Assembly (NCBI GenBank): GCA_030018135.1
Contig: JASEGJ010000001.1
Location: forward strand, 32,001-96,000
Direction: 5' to 3'
Source: Candidatus Hodarchaeaceae archaeon
Lineage (GTDB): Archaea; Hadarchaeota; Hadarchaeia; Hadarchaeales; Hadarchaeaceae
DNA: 64,000 nucleotides
Under the pieces are notes generated by a model. It ran no database searches and had not been told where the DNA came from. It was given only the letters and a program-made list of their open reading frames with translations. Positions 30,812 through 40,707 of this stretch are shown here, one piece after another (position 1 is the stretch's first letter; each line of letters begins with the position of its first letter). The position numbers and the translations under genes are program-made.

Positions 30812-31033
30812 TCATGCACCTCCTTTCCTTTGAGTTTCCTTCATTATCGTCAGTATCCGCGCTATTGTGTGTCTAAGTTCGCGAATCCGCCCGGGGTTTT
30901 CAAGCGAACCACCTGCCGCTGCGACTGCGCGCTCCCTTGCCAGCTCCGCACGGAGTTCGCGGAGCTTTGCTTTCATTTCCTCTATGCTCATATCACGGAT
31001 CTCATCGGGTCTGAGTATCGCCACCGTCTTCAC
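30812..31033 (-). CDS. rpl29: 50S ribosomal protein L29
   Basis: [24 protein letters not shown]. Confidence 0.95.
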   Translation of the reverse strand: MKTVAILRPDEIRDMSIEEMKAKLRELRAELARERAVAAAGGSLENPGRIRELRHTIARILTIMKETQRKGGA

Positions 31034-31721
31034 CCTCTTTGGCTTCCGTGAATTGTTCCCCCGGCCCCTCTACAACCGCTCCCTCGGTCGCTTGGGCTTC
31101 GACCTCGGCCGGCTTGGCCCCGGCTTTCTCCTCCATCAATCGAATCTCATCCGGCAAGTGCACATCTGGGGGCATTATCCTTACTTTAACCCCCAAAATA
31201 CCCGGCTTTAACTTTGCCGTCGCATAGCCGCAACTTACGAACTTCAACGCTGGCTCACCCGCTTTCTTGAGATAACCGTCATAAAAGCGTGCCCTGCGCG
31301 AGCGCTCGCCAGATAGCTTGCCCGAGATCACTATTTCCACGCCCCTAGCACCAGCCCGCATTATTCGGCGCAAAGTCGCGTGCCCAACTCGCCTGAAGTT
31401 AATTCCCCGTTCAAGTGCAAATGCTATACGCTTGGCCATGATGGGAGCACAGAGTTCTGGCGCTTTAATCTCCACTACCTCTATCTGCGGATTTTCCACC
31501 CCATATTTTTGTGCCAGCTCGTCGGTCAACTGTTTAATGCTGCGCCCCTTCCGTCCGATGACCATGCCCGGACGCTCAATATATAACGCAATGCGGGTAC
31601 CGATCGGGATGCGCCTTATGTCGGCACCCCCGTATCCAGCCCTTCCAAGCTCCTTTTCAAGATATTCCTCGAGCTCGGCCCTTTTCAAGCCTTTTTTGAT
31701 GAAGATGCGCTCTATTGACAT
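31002..31721 (-). CDS. rps3: 30S ribosomal protein S3
   Basis: [25 protein letters not shown]. Confidence 0.97.
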   Translation of the reverse strand: MSIERIFIKKGLKRAELEEYLEKELGRAGYGGADIRRIPIGTRIALYIERPGMVIGRKGRSIKQLTDELAQKYGVENPQIEVVEIKAPELCAPIMAKRIAFALERGINFRRVGHATLRRIMRAGARGVEIVISGKLSGERSRRARFYDGYLKKAGEPALKFVSCGYATAKLKPGILGVKVRIMPPDVHLPDEIRLMEEKAGAKPAEVEAQATEGAVVEGPGEQFTEAKEGEDGGDTQTR

Positions 31722-32179
31722 TATGCCGCCTCTCTTGCTATTATTTCTACATTTGTGGTTGGCTTGTTGAATGACGTTGTCCTTGCGAATGCTCTGGGCT
31801 TAAATCCCGGTATGACTATGCCCTTCTGCGCGCTCGCGTGGACGATGCGTAGCTTTTCTGGATCGAGGCCTTTATACTTAGCATTTGCTTCCGCATTCTC
31901 TAAAATCTCTAGTATCGCACCCGCCGCCTTGACTGGATATTGACCAGCATCCCAACTTGGAATGGCTCGCCTATGTGCTAACTTTTTGCGATGGCGTCTG
32001 AATGGCACCGCTTTTTTCTTAGCTATCACGGCTTGTAGGTACTCCCTCGCCGCTACTAGACGCATGTTACGTATCGCGCGGCAAACCTCCATCGCGTGCT
32101 TTGGCGATATGCGCATCTCCTTACCCATCGCTCTAGCGCAGGGCTCCTCAACTTTGGCTGAATAACCAAACTTCGGCAT
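31721..32179 (-). CDS. rpl22: 50S ribosomal protein L22
   Basis: ISPKHAMEVC, YPVKAA, NAEANA. Confidence 0.96.
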   Translation of the reverse strand: MPKFGYSAKVEEPCARAMGKEMRISPKHAMEVCRAIRNMRLVAAREYLQAVIAKKKAVPFRRHRKKLAHRRAIPSWDAGQYPVKAAGAILEILENAEANAKYKGLDPEKLRIVHASAQKGIVIPGFKPRAFARTTSFNKPTTNVEIIAREAA

Positions 32180-32183
32180 CGCA

Positions 32184-32591
32184 TCACTTTAATGGGACAT
32201 ACATCGAGCTACGGGTCGCGCCTATGCCGGGTGTGCCATGCGTGACCTTTTTCCTAGTCAGAGAAAATTCGCCTAGACGGTGGCCGATCATCTCAGGCTT
32301 GATTTCGATGACGACAAATTCCTTACCATTATATACCCCGAATTTTAAGCCCACCATCTCTGGCAGGACTACCATGTCCCTGCAGTGCGTGCGGATTATG
32401 GTCTCCTCCCCGGTCTTCTCTTTTTGTTCCCTTGCCCTGCGGATGTGCTCGAGCAGCTTCTTTTGCCTAGCCTGCAGGCCGCGAAGTAGAGATCGGCGCT
32501 GGCGAGATGGTAGGAGCTTTGAGAAATCATCGAGGGATAGCTTTTGAAGTTCTTCTAATGTGTAGCCCCTAAATGTGAACTTCTTAGGCAT
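32184..32591 (-). CDS. rps19: 30S ribosomal protein S19
   Basis: [20 protein letters not shown]. Confidence 0.97.
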   Translation of the reverse strand: MPKKFTFRGYTLEELQKLSLDDFSKLLPSRQRRSLLRGLQARQKKLLEHIRRAREQKEKTGEETIIRTHCRDMVVLPEMVGLKFGVYNGKEFVVIEIKPEMIGHRLGEFSLTRKKVTHGTPGIGATRSSMYVPLK

Positions 32592-32595
32592 TTGT

Positions 32596-33306
32596 TCACC
32601 TCTTGCCTGTTCTCCTCGCCGCTATCAACCCAATTTTCTGACCTGCGGGTGCACCGCGTGCCACGGTCTTTGGCCTTCCGGCATGCTTTCCCCTGCCTCC
32701 GCCAAACGGATGATCGACGACGTTCATCGCCACGCCGCGCACCCTCGGATATGGCTTGCCCTTTGCGAGCATCGCCCAATGTCTCTTTCCGGCCTTGACG
32801 AAAGGCTTGTCCACGCGCCCGCCGCCTGCCACGACCCCAATTGTGGCTCGACACTTTGGATTGAATGCCCTGATCTCACCGGAAGGCAGCTGCACGATCG
32901 CTTGGCCAACGTCGTGCGCTACCAACGCGGCATAAGTGCCGGAGGCACGAACAAAGCGGCCGCCGTCGCCCGGTTGAGACTCAATATTGTGAATTGCCGT
33001 GCCCTCCGGGATCTCCGCGAGTGATAAGGTGTTGCCTAGTTGAATCGGCGCTGAAATGCCGCATGCGATCTGATCCCCCACTTTTATCCCTTCCGGGGCC
33101 AATACCAAGCGCTCCTGCCCATTTGGGTACCTAACTCGAGCGACGGGCGCGCTTCGCCCCGGGTCGTGCAGGATGTCAATGACGACTGCTGTAGCGATTT
33201 CCTCGGAAGCGGGGGGTAATCTAACCTCGCCCAGATGCCTGAACGACTTTGCCCTATATGTCGGCGTACCCTTGCCCCTCCGCTGGACCCTTATCTTCTT
33301 GCCCAT
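32596..33306 (-). CDS. rpl2: 50S ribosomal protein L2
   Basis: [30 protein letters not shown]. Confidence 0.97.
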   Translation of the reverse strand: MGKKIRVQRRGKGTPTYRAKSFRHLGEVRLPPASEEIATAVVIDILHDPGRSAPVARVRYPNGQERLVLAPEGIKVGDQIACGISAPIQLGNTLSLAEIPEGTAIHNIESQPGDGGRFVRASGTYAALVAHDVGQAIVQLPSGEIRAFNPKCRATIGVVAGGGRVDKPFVKAGKRHWAMLAKGKPYPRVRGVAMNVVDHPFGGGRGKHAGRPKTVARGAPAGQKIGLIAARRTGKR

Positions 33307-33569
33307 CAGAACACCCCAAGTTTAGTTGCTATTTCATCCGCCATAAACTCTGGTGCAAGCTTCACATATGCCATTTTGCGTCCGTCGGGCGCGACTTCTA
33401 TTTTTACGTTATCTACCCTAACCTCGAACAGTAGCTCAACGGCGCGCTTGACATCCGCACGAGAGGCGTCCCGCGCGACAATGAATGTCAATTTGTTCTC
33501 GGCCTCGATGAGCCTCACGGCCTTTTCCGCCACATGCGGATGAAGCAATACTTTGTAAGGATCCTTCAA
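33306..33569 (-). CDS. rpl23: 50S ribosomal protein L23
   Basis: ENKLTFIV, KMAYVKL; TTG start estimated. Confidence 0.95.
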   Translation of the reverse strand: MKDPYKVLLHPHVAEKAVRLIEAENKLTFIVARDASRADVKRAVELLFEVRVDNVKIEVAPDGRKMAYVKLAPEFMADEIATKLGVF

Positions 33570-34348
33570 TTGAACATGCCCCCCGCAAGTTTTTGAATTG
33601 CTGATTTTGTCCATACCGTCAACCGCCCCGACATCCCGCCTGGAGCCAATCGCTCGGCATTTAAGTTGCTTAATGTCGCGACCTCAACTCCGGGAAGGTT
33701 GCTGGCCGCGTGTTCGATGCCGCGGTTTTCGCCGACGACTATCAGCGGCCCGACTGCCCGCCTGCGACGTCTGCCACGCATCTTGCCCCTTCCAGCTCTA
33801 ACCTTGCGGCTTTTTATGACGCGCTCGACATCTTGCCAAACCCCTAATTTTTGCAGTACCTCCTTCGCTTGGCTGGATTTCTTCAGCCCCTCGAGTTCGT
33901 CGCTAACTACCAAGGGCAACTCCGCGACGCCATCAACAACATGACCGCGGGAACTCACCAATTGTTTTTCCTTGGTCGCTGCGATTGCCGAACGAACCGC
34001 TAGGCGGCGCTCCCTCTTGTTTATGCGCTCAGGCAAAACCCTCTCGACCTTTGGGGGATGTGCGCGCCTGCCGCCTACCGTATGTGGCACGAAAGCCCCC
34101 CGTCCGGCAGCTGGATATCTGCTACCCTTCACCCGACGAACGCGGGCGACGCCATGGCCCTTACCCCACGTTTCGGCGGATGTCCGCTTGCCAGCCGTGA
34201 CATCGGTGCCCCAAGGCTGGAGGCGAGCAGTTTGAGCAGAGATGACTGCTCGCCTTACAACATCTGGTCTGAGCTCCTCCTCGAAGATGGGGGGGAGCTC
34301 GATCTCCTCAAGCGGCTTTCCGTCCAAGGAGAAAACGTGAACCTTCAT
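33566..34348 (-). CDS. rpl4: 50S ribosomal protein L4
   Basis: TSAETWGKGHGVAR, GGRRAHPP, LAPGG..GRL. Confidence 0.97.
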   Translation of the reverse strand: MKVHVFSLDGKPLEEIELPPIFEEELRPDVVRRAVISAQTARLQPWGTDVTAGKRTSAETWGKGHGVARVRRVKGSRYPAAGRGAFVPHTVGGRRAHPPKVERVLPERINKRERRLAVRSAIAATKEKQLVSSRGHVVDGVAELPLVVSDELEGLKKSSQAKEVLQKLGVWQDVERVIKSRKVRAGRGKMRGRRRRRAVGPLIVVGENRGIEHAASNLPGVEVATLSNLNAERLAPGGMSGRLTVWTKSAIQKLAGGMFN

Positions 34349-34350
34349 TT

Positions 34351-35361
34351 TTATGCACCCTGCTGAGAGGCTGTGCTTATGTGGGTGATCGATAGCGGCG
34401 CCGTTGGCATGCCCCCCGGCAACCTTATAGGTTGCCTTAGGTGTACGAGCCTTTTAGTCGGTCCCGGTATCGAGCCCATCAGCATGATAAAGTCGTTCCT
34501 TATGGGGCCATACCGGAGGAACCCCCCGCTGGGCGTAACCGCCTTGCCATCGCTGCCCAGCTTTAAGACGCGTTTGTTGAACTCCGTGCGCTGGTTATAC
34601 CCCATTTGGCCAGAGCCCGGCACCGTCCACATTATCCGCGGTGGCTTCCAAGGCCCGAGCGTGCCAACTTGGCGGCTGCCATCGTCCTGCTTGCGCGGCA
34701 GGATTTTGATCCCCCAACGTTTAACCGGTCCTTGAAAACCTTTGCCCTTTGTAACCGCCAATACATCGACGTATTCACCCTCCTTAAAAACGTCGGCAAC
34801 TCGGACCTGCTTGCCGAGCAAGCCCCTGCAGTAATTCCAACGCTCCTCGACCGAGCTGCCCCCAACGCGGATCTCCACGACATCCGGCTTTTTCTTTTGC
34901 ATGTTGCTAAAGTGGGGCTGGGTGCACGAAATCACGCGCAAATCCTTAACCTTGTCATCCTTGACGAGCGCCTCAGCCTCAGCTAGGGCCTTTTGCTGAT
35001 CGTACTTCTTTGGTACCTTTACCACACGAGCTAGCTCCTTTGGGGGCTCGCCCGCCCAAACCTCGGTCAGGGTATTAAGACCTCGAGTGCCTGAGCCGTA
35101 CAACCGAATCGCGCAAACGACGAGGGGCGGGGCCTCGATCACCGTCGCAGGTACGCATATCTCCTGCCCGGCGGTTAGGCTGCCCTTACGATCGTCTATT
35201 GTGAACACCTGAGTCATGCCAGCCTTGTAGCCGACGAAGCCCTGTAAGCGCAAGCTAGCGTCCGCTGGCCACGCCCGCACATGGGCTATCGCTCTAGGGG
35301 CGCGCGTTCGAGGCATGAACGCCAACGACCCCCTCTTCGGGTGGTGCGGCCTCTTGCCCAT
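34351..35361 (-). CDS. rpl3: 50S ribosomal protein L3
   Basis: PKRGSLAF, GYKAGMT, TKGKGFQGPVKRWG. Confidence 0.97.
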   Translation of the reverse strand: MGKRPHHPKRGSLAFMPRTRAPRAIAHVRAWPADASLRLQGFVGYKAGMTQVFTIDDRKGSLTAGQEICVPATVIEAPPLVVCAIRLYGSGTRGLNTLTEVWAGEPPKELARVVKVPKKYDQQKALAEAEALVKDDKVKDLRVISCTQPHFSNMQKKKPDVVEIRVGGSSVEERWNYCRGLLGKQVRVADVFKEGEYVDVLAVTKGKGFQGPVKRWGIKILPRKQDDGSRQVGTLGPWKPPRIMWTVPGSGQMGYNQRTEFNKRVLKLGSDGKAVTPSGGFLRYGPIRNDFIMLMGSIPGPTKRLVHLRQPIRLPGGMPTAPLSITHISTASQQGA

Positions 35362-36213
35362 TTATTTCCCCCATATCGATGCGTTCAGCAGCGCAAGTGT
35401 AGCCATGAGCGCCTCCTCAGTCCGGACGGTCTCTGTCCCCTGCTGGGGTATGGTGTTGATCACGACGTCGAAGAGCTCGCCCGCATCGACGCCTTGGCGC
35501 TCGCATATCTCGAAGAGACCCTGGTAAGGCCCCCCGAATGCGACCGCTACGCTTCTCGGTTTGCTATCCCCTATCCCTCGCAGGGCTTCATATAAATTTT
35601 TGCCGTATCGTGAGGTCCCTATTACATAATCGGCTTTCAGCGATTTTAAAGCATCTGCAAGGCTTCTGGCCAGCGAGACATCATAGCCCCAGTATTCTTC
35701 GACCCTCCCTCGCGCCACCTGCGTAACTGCCATCCGATCCTCGCCCAAGCGATCGCCCAGCCTAACGGTCAATCTTTGGCCAACCCTGAGCCTCTCGCTG
35801 GTAAATCCCTTCTCGCGTAGGCCAATCTCGAGTAAGCTGCCTAGCTCGTCAACCTTAATAACCGCAGCCTCGCGATAATCGCCGGGATTTGTCCTTTCGT
35901 CGCGAAGCGGGTGGTGCGGCGTGCGCAACGGCGGCAATATGCCAGCAAACCTAAGATTTCGCTCCCTCGGAAAGAGCAATCTGCGTAGATACTGAGGAGT
36001 TTCGATATAACGCAGGAGGGTCGCCACCGCTTCAGCTTCCGCGGCCTGATTTTTGATCCGCGGATCATCATCATTATACAAAACAGCTTTATCGACGCGG
36101 AAAATCGCGAGCGAGCGTCCGACCATTCCAATCTTCATTGTTTTCTGTTGAAGGTTGGGCGCATCGGCCACAAGCGACGTCGGCAACAACACGAAAACAA
36201 ATAACTTTGACAT
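35362..36213 (-). CDS. SPOUT RNA methyltransferase (DUF171/SPOUT1-like)
   Basis: ETPQYLR, GILPPLRTPHH, NTIPQQGTETVRTEEA. Confidence 0.92.
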   Translation of the reverse strand: MSKLFVFVLLPTSLVADAPNLQQKTMKIGMVGRSLAIFRVDKAVLYNDDDPRIKNQAAEAEAVATLLRYIETPQYLRRLLFPRERNLRFAGILPPLRTPHHPLRDERTNPGDYREAAVIKVDELGSLLEIGLREKGFTSERLRVGQRLTVRLGDRLGEDRMAVTQVARGRVEEYWGYDVSLARSLADALKSLKADYVIGTSRYGKNLYEALRGIGDSKPRSVAVAFGGPYQGLFEICERQGVDAGELFDVVINTIPQQGTETVRTEEALMATLALLNASIWGK

Positions 36214-36225
36214 CTGACCCTCCGA

Positions 36226-39098
36226 CTAACCCTTTGCAACGCCAATGGGCTTGAGCCGAGCGACCATCCGCGCAGTGCCCGCGTCGTGGCTGACCTTCAC
36301 CACGCGATCGACATCTTTGTAAGCTTCGGGGGCCTCCTCCGCGATGACCGATATCTTCACCGCTCGCACGATGATGCCCTTGGCTTCCAAGTCGCGTTTG
36401 ACCTGCTCGCCCCAGTATTGCTTTAGCGCCGCGGTTCGACTCATGTGGCGCCCGGAGCCGTGTGCGGTCGAGGCAAAGGTCTCCTGCATGGCCTGTTCGG
36501 TGCCCACCAACACGTAGGAAGCGGTGCCCATGTCCCCCGGGATCAATACAGGCTGGCCGACATCGCGATAAATTGCCGGTATATCCGGATGTCCTGGCCC
36601 GAACGCGCGCGTCGCACCCTTGCGGTGCACGTAAACCTTCCGTAGCTCGCCGTCGACGCGGTGTTCCTCGAGCTTGGCGATATTGTGCGCCACGTCGTAA
36701 ATTATGTGCAAACCAAGGCTTCCGGCATCGCGACCGAATACCTGCTCGAAGGACTGTCTGACCCAGTGGGTTATCATCTGGCGATTGGCCCAAGCGTAGT
36801 TCGCCGCGCACGCCATCGCTGAAAAGTAAGCTTGCCCCTCGGGCGAGGTCACGGGCACATTCACCAGCTCTCGGTCTGGAAGCTCGATCTTATATTGCCT
36901 GACCACGCGCTCCATCGTCCTGAGGTAATCGGAACAGACTTGGTGGCCCAAACCTCGCGAGCCCGTATGGATCATCACCGTTACCTGTCCCTCGCGCTCT
37001 ATGCCAAACTTGCTGGCCACCTGTGGGTCGAGGATCTTATCGACCTGCTGCACCTCGAGGAAGTGATTGCCTGAGCCTAGGCTACCCAACTGTGGGAAGC
37101 CCCGTTGCTTCGCGCTCATGCTGACCTTCTTGGCGTCTGCACCCGCCATACAGCCGCCCTCCTCCAAGCGCTCGATGTCCTCCTTCCAACCGAAGCCGTT
37201 CTCGACGGCCCACCTCGCCCCATTCGTCAGGACCTCGTCCAGCTGGGCGAGTGTGAGCTTCATGTGGCCTGTGCTCCCCAAGCCTGAGGGCACGTTTCGG
37301 AAGAGTGTTTCCACTAGCTGGCGAAGCTTTGGCTGGATATCTTTTTTATCGAGGTTTGTTTGCAGCAACCTGACCCCACAATTTGAAACCACAAAACAGT
37401 CCGCAACAAAGTTGTGATGATTATCCCTAACCGTAAAGTCGTACACTTGACCATTGTGTTCGATCTCCTCCATTTTCACGATCCTATCGTAAACAATTTC
37501 CCCCTCCAAAAACTTGCTCAAAAATTCCTCAAATCTGATGAAGCCCTTTGGAGGTCTAGCCCCTTCGGTTTCCTCGTATATGCTCCTCTCGATAAACTTT
37601 TTATTGACCGGCCCCTCGTACCTCTTCATCAGTTCCTTAGCGCTGCTTTCCCTGCGATCCTCCCGTGTCTCCTTCCTTAAAAGCTCCCTTTCCTGAACAA
37701 TGGCTTGTTTTAGTCTTAGGTAGACGACCGCTGCCATAGCGAGTGCCCTTCGTTTTCTGTTGTATTCGTATCCCACCTTAGACCATAATTTGACCAAGTT
37801 TTCGGGATCTCCGTGAACTAAGAGCCTATAGATTGCCTTGTTCTCGGTCTCCTCAGCGATTGAAATAGTTGAACTCACACCGAACTCCCTAAGCATCTCC
37901 TTTAAATCCCGCAGGAATTTGAGACCGTTTCTCTCTTTCCCCTTCTCTTTGGAAAGCTTTAGCTCGGGCATGTAGAAATTGTAGCCATTCATCGTTTTCG
38001 GCTTGGACATTTCCGCTCCAAAATAGGCAGCCAAAAATAATCTTTTCAACCAGTTGGGTAATCTACGCAACCATCTCGGAACGCGGAAGTCTGCTTTTGT
38101 TTTATCTCCCTTTGGATAGCCAAGTGCCCGTAGGAGTTCGGTGAGGCTCCTAGCAGAAACTCTCAGGAAAACCTCATTTCTAACAAATCTATATCCCTTA
38201 ATTTCGTGCTCCCGTCTCCTCTCGTATATCCTGCCGGCATATCCTAGGGAATTTAGATCCGTCTTTACGTCTTCCAGATCGCTTCTTTCCCCGTAAAATA
38301 CCACGTTCTTGCCGTAGACGACCCCGTCGCCCAGCAAGTAGCTGAAGATTTTCACAAGGTAAGGCAACTTTTCATTTGTAGTAGTGAGGGGAAGCAGTCC
38401 TCGCTTTTTCAACTCTTCTCTAATTGCTTTCCCAAAGCTTTCTTCCGACGCGATCTCGAACTCCACCGGTTCCTCGTAAGCTACGCCCTCAAATGGGTGA
38501 ATCCCAACTTCCTCACCCTGGTAGAGATTCTTGGCCTCCTTCATCCCTACCCTAGTTAGGACTGGGTGATCTGGGGAGAGGGTCAACTTAAACCCTGCCG
38601 CTGTTTCAATCCTTCGGAGGGTCTGTTCATCCCTGTTGAGAGTCAGAAGAACTTCAGTGGGCCTAGCGTGGCCTTGGTTCAGTACGATTACTTGGTCACC
38701 CACGGAGACCTTTTCAATTTCAGCCCAATATCCGAGGGGGGTTAAGACCTTAGTATCCCTTGGAAGGCAGTTGATATCATAGCCCACACCGCCGGGGCTG
38801 ATGACACCCGTCTCAGCATCTGTGGCGGCTACACCCCCGATGGGGAACCCTTAGCCCGAACACGTTTGGACGTGTTCGAATAGCCCTGGTGCCCATCGGG
38901 GAGCGTTATCGAGTACTTATAGATCCCTTGCAGGAACGAAACATTCGCGGCCTGCTCCAGCGTCAGGTCCTTCCTCATCTCGTTGAGCAATTCGGCATCT
39001 GCATAAACTCGGGCTGGCGCGCGCATCCCGCGCTTGTAGTCCTGAGGGATCTCCCAGCGGACATCGTCGATTTGCTTTATTTTACCAGTCCACGACAT
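36226..39098 (-). CDS. rtcB: tRNA-splicing ligase RtcB; exon 1 39098-38880, exon 2 38850-36226; 947-aa precursor, 484 aa after intein removal
   Basis: PDGHQGY|[19 protein letters not shown]-[intein]-[40 protein letters not shown]. Confidence 0.93.
37381..38769 (-). mobile_element. intein (463 aa) with a LAGLIDADG homing endonuclease, inside rtcB
   Basis: Starts CLPRDT, block [10 protein letters not shown], motifs YLLGDG and AAYFGAE, ends [19 protein letters not shown] before +1 Cys. Confidence 0.95.
38851..38879 (-). other. 29-nt BHB-type mRNA intron candidate in rtcB
   Basis: GGCT-AT|T-CGAACACG-TCCAAA-CGTGTTCG-GGCT-AA|G; removal restores CAG GGC TAT GGG TTC (QGYGF). Confidence 0.85.
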
Positions 39099-39161
39099 TT
39101 TTCTCACATAAATAAGGTGGACACAATGTTACTAATTACCTTTTGGTTCGGAAAAGTATGC

Positions 39162-39518
39162 CTAGCTTTGTAAAAGAAAACTCCCTATGGCAGCTCCGGT
39201 ATGTGGGGCTTTTGTAAGTAGTCCGGAGAGTAATAGTTTTCTTAGTTCATTTCGTCGGCTAATCCGGACCCAAGAGCGATTTTGATTATCATGCGTTGTA
39301 AGAGTACATTTGATCCCAAAACAATATCGAAGCATGTGAGCAATTTTGGCCATTGCTTGAGAGTCGTGTGACCCCAACTCAAATGATCCATATCTACCTG
39401 CTTTCACGCGGAAATACCCTCGATGTTTGAATACCTCCAATAGTACTAGCTTGGCTTTTTTGCCGTTTCCTGCTTTTAGATGCCCCCAATCTCCGTAATA
39501 CTTCCGGTATCGACTCAA
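39162..39518 (-). CDS. degenerate single-domain LAGLIDADG-like protein
   Basis: KAKLVLLEVFKHRGYF..ELGSHDSQAMAKIAHMLRYCFGIKC..WVRISRRNELRKL pattern; overlaps the upstream ORF by 4 nt. Confidence 0.5.
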   Translation of the reverse strand: MSRYRKYYGDWGHLKAGNGKKAKLVLLEVFKHRGYFRVKAGRYGSFELGSHDSQAMAKIAHMLRYCFGIKCTLTTHDNQNRSWVRISRRNELRKLLLSGLLTKAPHTGAAIGSFLLQS

Positions 39519-40090
39519 GATAGCCGCAATTTCATTTGCTTACGCTGATGATAGAAGCCGACTCTATTGTAGAAGCGCTCCAAATTTTCCCGTCCACAAA
39601 TCCTTAGCAGATGGGTCCCTCTATGGCTCCGAAATTTTAGATGCGAATAAATACCGAAATCCTTGACCAAAACTGCTCTTAGGTGACATAATCCTGCTTG
39701 GTTTACCGATTCAACAGTTACTTCTCTGTTTACGTAAGTGACCGTAGCGTCTGAATCAAAAAACGCCCTTATCCATTCCCGAATCCATCGCTGTTTTTTA
39801 AGATTAGGCATCCGCCACTTATGGGAGCCCACTGGCCCTAAAGATAAGATTGTGTGGACGACTTTCTTTTTTTGGGCCAATACTGTAAACCATGCGCCAT
39901 ACCTACCTTCCGCCTCATGGACGCTTGGGGGATAATCGAGCTTAGCAAAAGCTTCTACTATTCTGTTCAAACAAGCTCGATCATCAATCTTGATGTCCAA
40001 ACGAACTCTGGACTTCCGATAAGGATAACTGTAGATATTGGCATAACCATCGCCGCACACGTAGCCATGCAATCTGGCAAGGTACCGCAT
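39515..40090 (-). CDS. free-standing two-motif LAGLIDADG homing endonuclease
   Basis: LHGYVCGDG and WIRAFFDSDATV motifs; ends FYNRVGFYHQRKQMKL; no intein termini. Confidence 0.82.
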   Translation of the reverse strand: MRYLARLHGYVCGDGYANIYSYPYRKSRVRLDIKIDDRACLNRIVEAFAKLDYPPSVHEAEGRYGAWFTVLAQKKKVVHTILSLGPVGSHKWRMPNLKKQRWIREWIRAFFDSDATVTYVNREVTVESVNQAGLCHLRAVLVKDFGIYSHLKFRSHRGTHLLRICGRENLERFYNRVGFYHQRKQMKLRLS

Positions 40091-40198
40091 CTTTTGCGAA
40101 TTTACCTTTATGGATGCACCCCGACAAATTAGCTGAAGAAAAAACGACCTAAGCGATTTTGGGGAGAGAGATGCCCGAAAGTAACTATAAAGGCCAGC

Positions 40199-40627
40199 TC
40201 AGATATCGACGACCGCTTGTACCGAACACCTGCCAGGCTCGTGCTTGATCTCCATCATGTGATAGGTCATAGCCTTGACCGCGGTACGGGTATCATGACG
40301 CTTCGGGTCGAAACGCTCCCCCCAAGCCCTGGCTTTGACCTTGAAGTTGTGGTCGCGCTGAATGAGCTCATCGACCTTAAATTTGGACATCACAAACCCC
40401 TGTGCATCATAAAAGTAGAGGAACCGCTCGAGCCAGTCATACAGCAGCGCGCCCTCGTCCTCGGCCTCGAGCTCGATGCTGACCTCCTGCAGCGGGCGTA
40501 CTTGGCTGGTGTCCACCATCACCTCGAATAGGGCCAAGGCCGCATTCTCGAGCGCCTCGGCTAGGTCTCGTCCATAAGCGCGGAAGCCTACGTCGGAGGG
40601 ATGCTCAACCCACTCGAAGCGCTTCAT
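40199..40627 (-). CDS. archease (RtcB cofactor)
   Basis: FEWVEHPSDVGFRAYG, AVKAMTYH, VVDI C-terminus; 142 aa. Confidence 0.95.
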   Translation of the reverse strand: MKRFEWVEHPSDVGFRAYGRDLAEALENAALALFEVMVDTSQVRPLQEVSIELEAEDEGALLYDWLERFLYFYDAQGFVMSKFKVDELIQRDHNFKVKARAWGERFDPKRHDTRTAVKAMTYHMMEIKHEPGRCSVQAVVDI

Positions 40628-40707
40628 TTCAACATCCGCCGAAATTTTCTTTAATCGATCAATCCACATTTAATTTTAAAAGTTGAGACATTTAAATTAC
40701 GGCTGGG

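Noticed and set aside
38851-38886. rtcB insert as a transposon footprint with a GGGCTA target-site duplication
   Set aside because: Collapsing the repeat gives CAG GGC TAA (stop), not Tyr. Only the BHB cut positions give TAT GGG. A duplication may still explain how the intron arose.
38829-39107. 92-aa ORF as an independent gene, or rtcB as a split gene or ribosomal frameshift
   Set aside because: It is the RtcB N-terminus. The downstream GTG start would lose the PDGH and GFPIGG motifs, and frameshifting would leave about 10 extra residues in an active-site motif.
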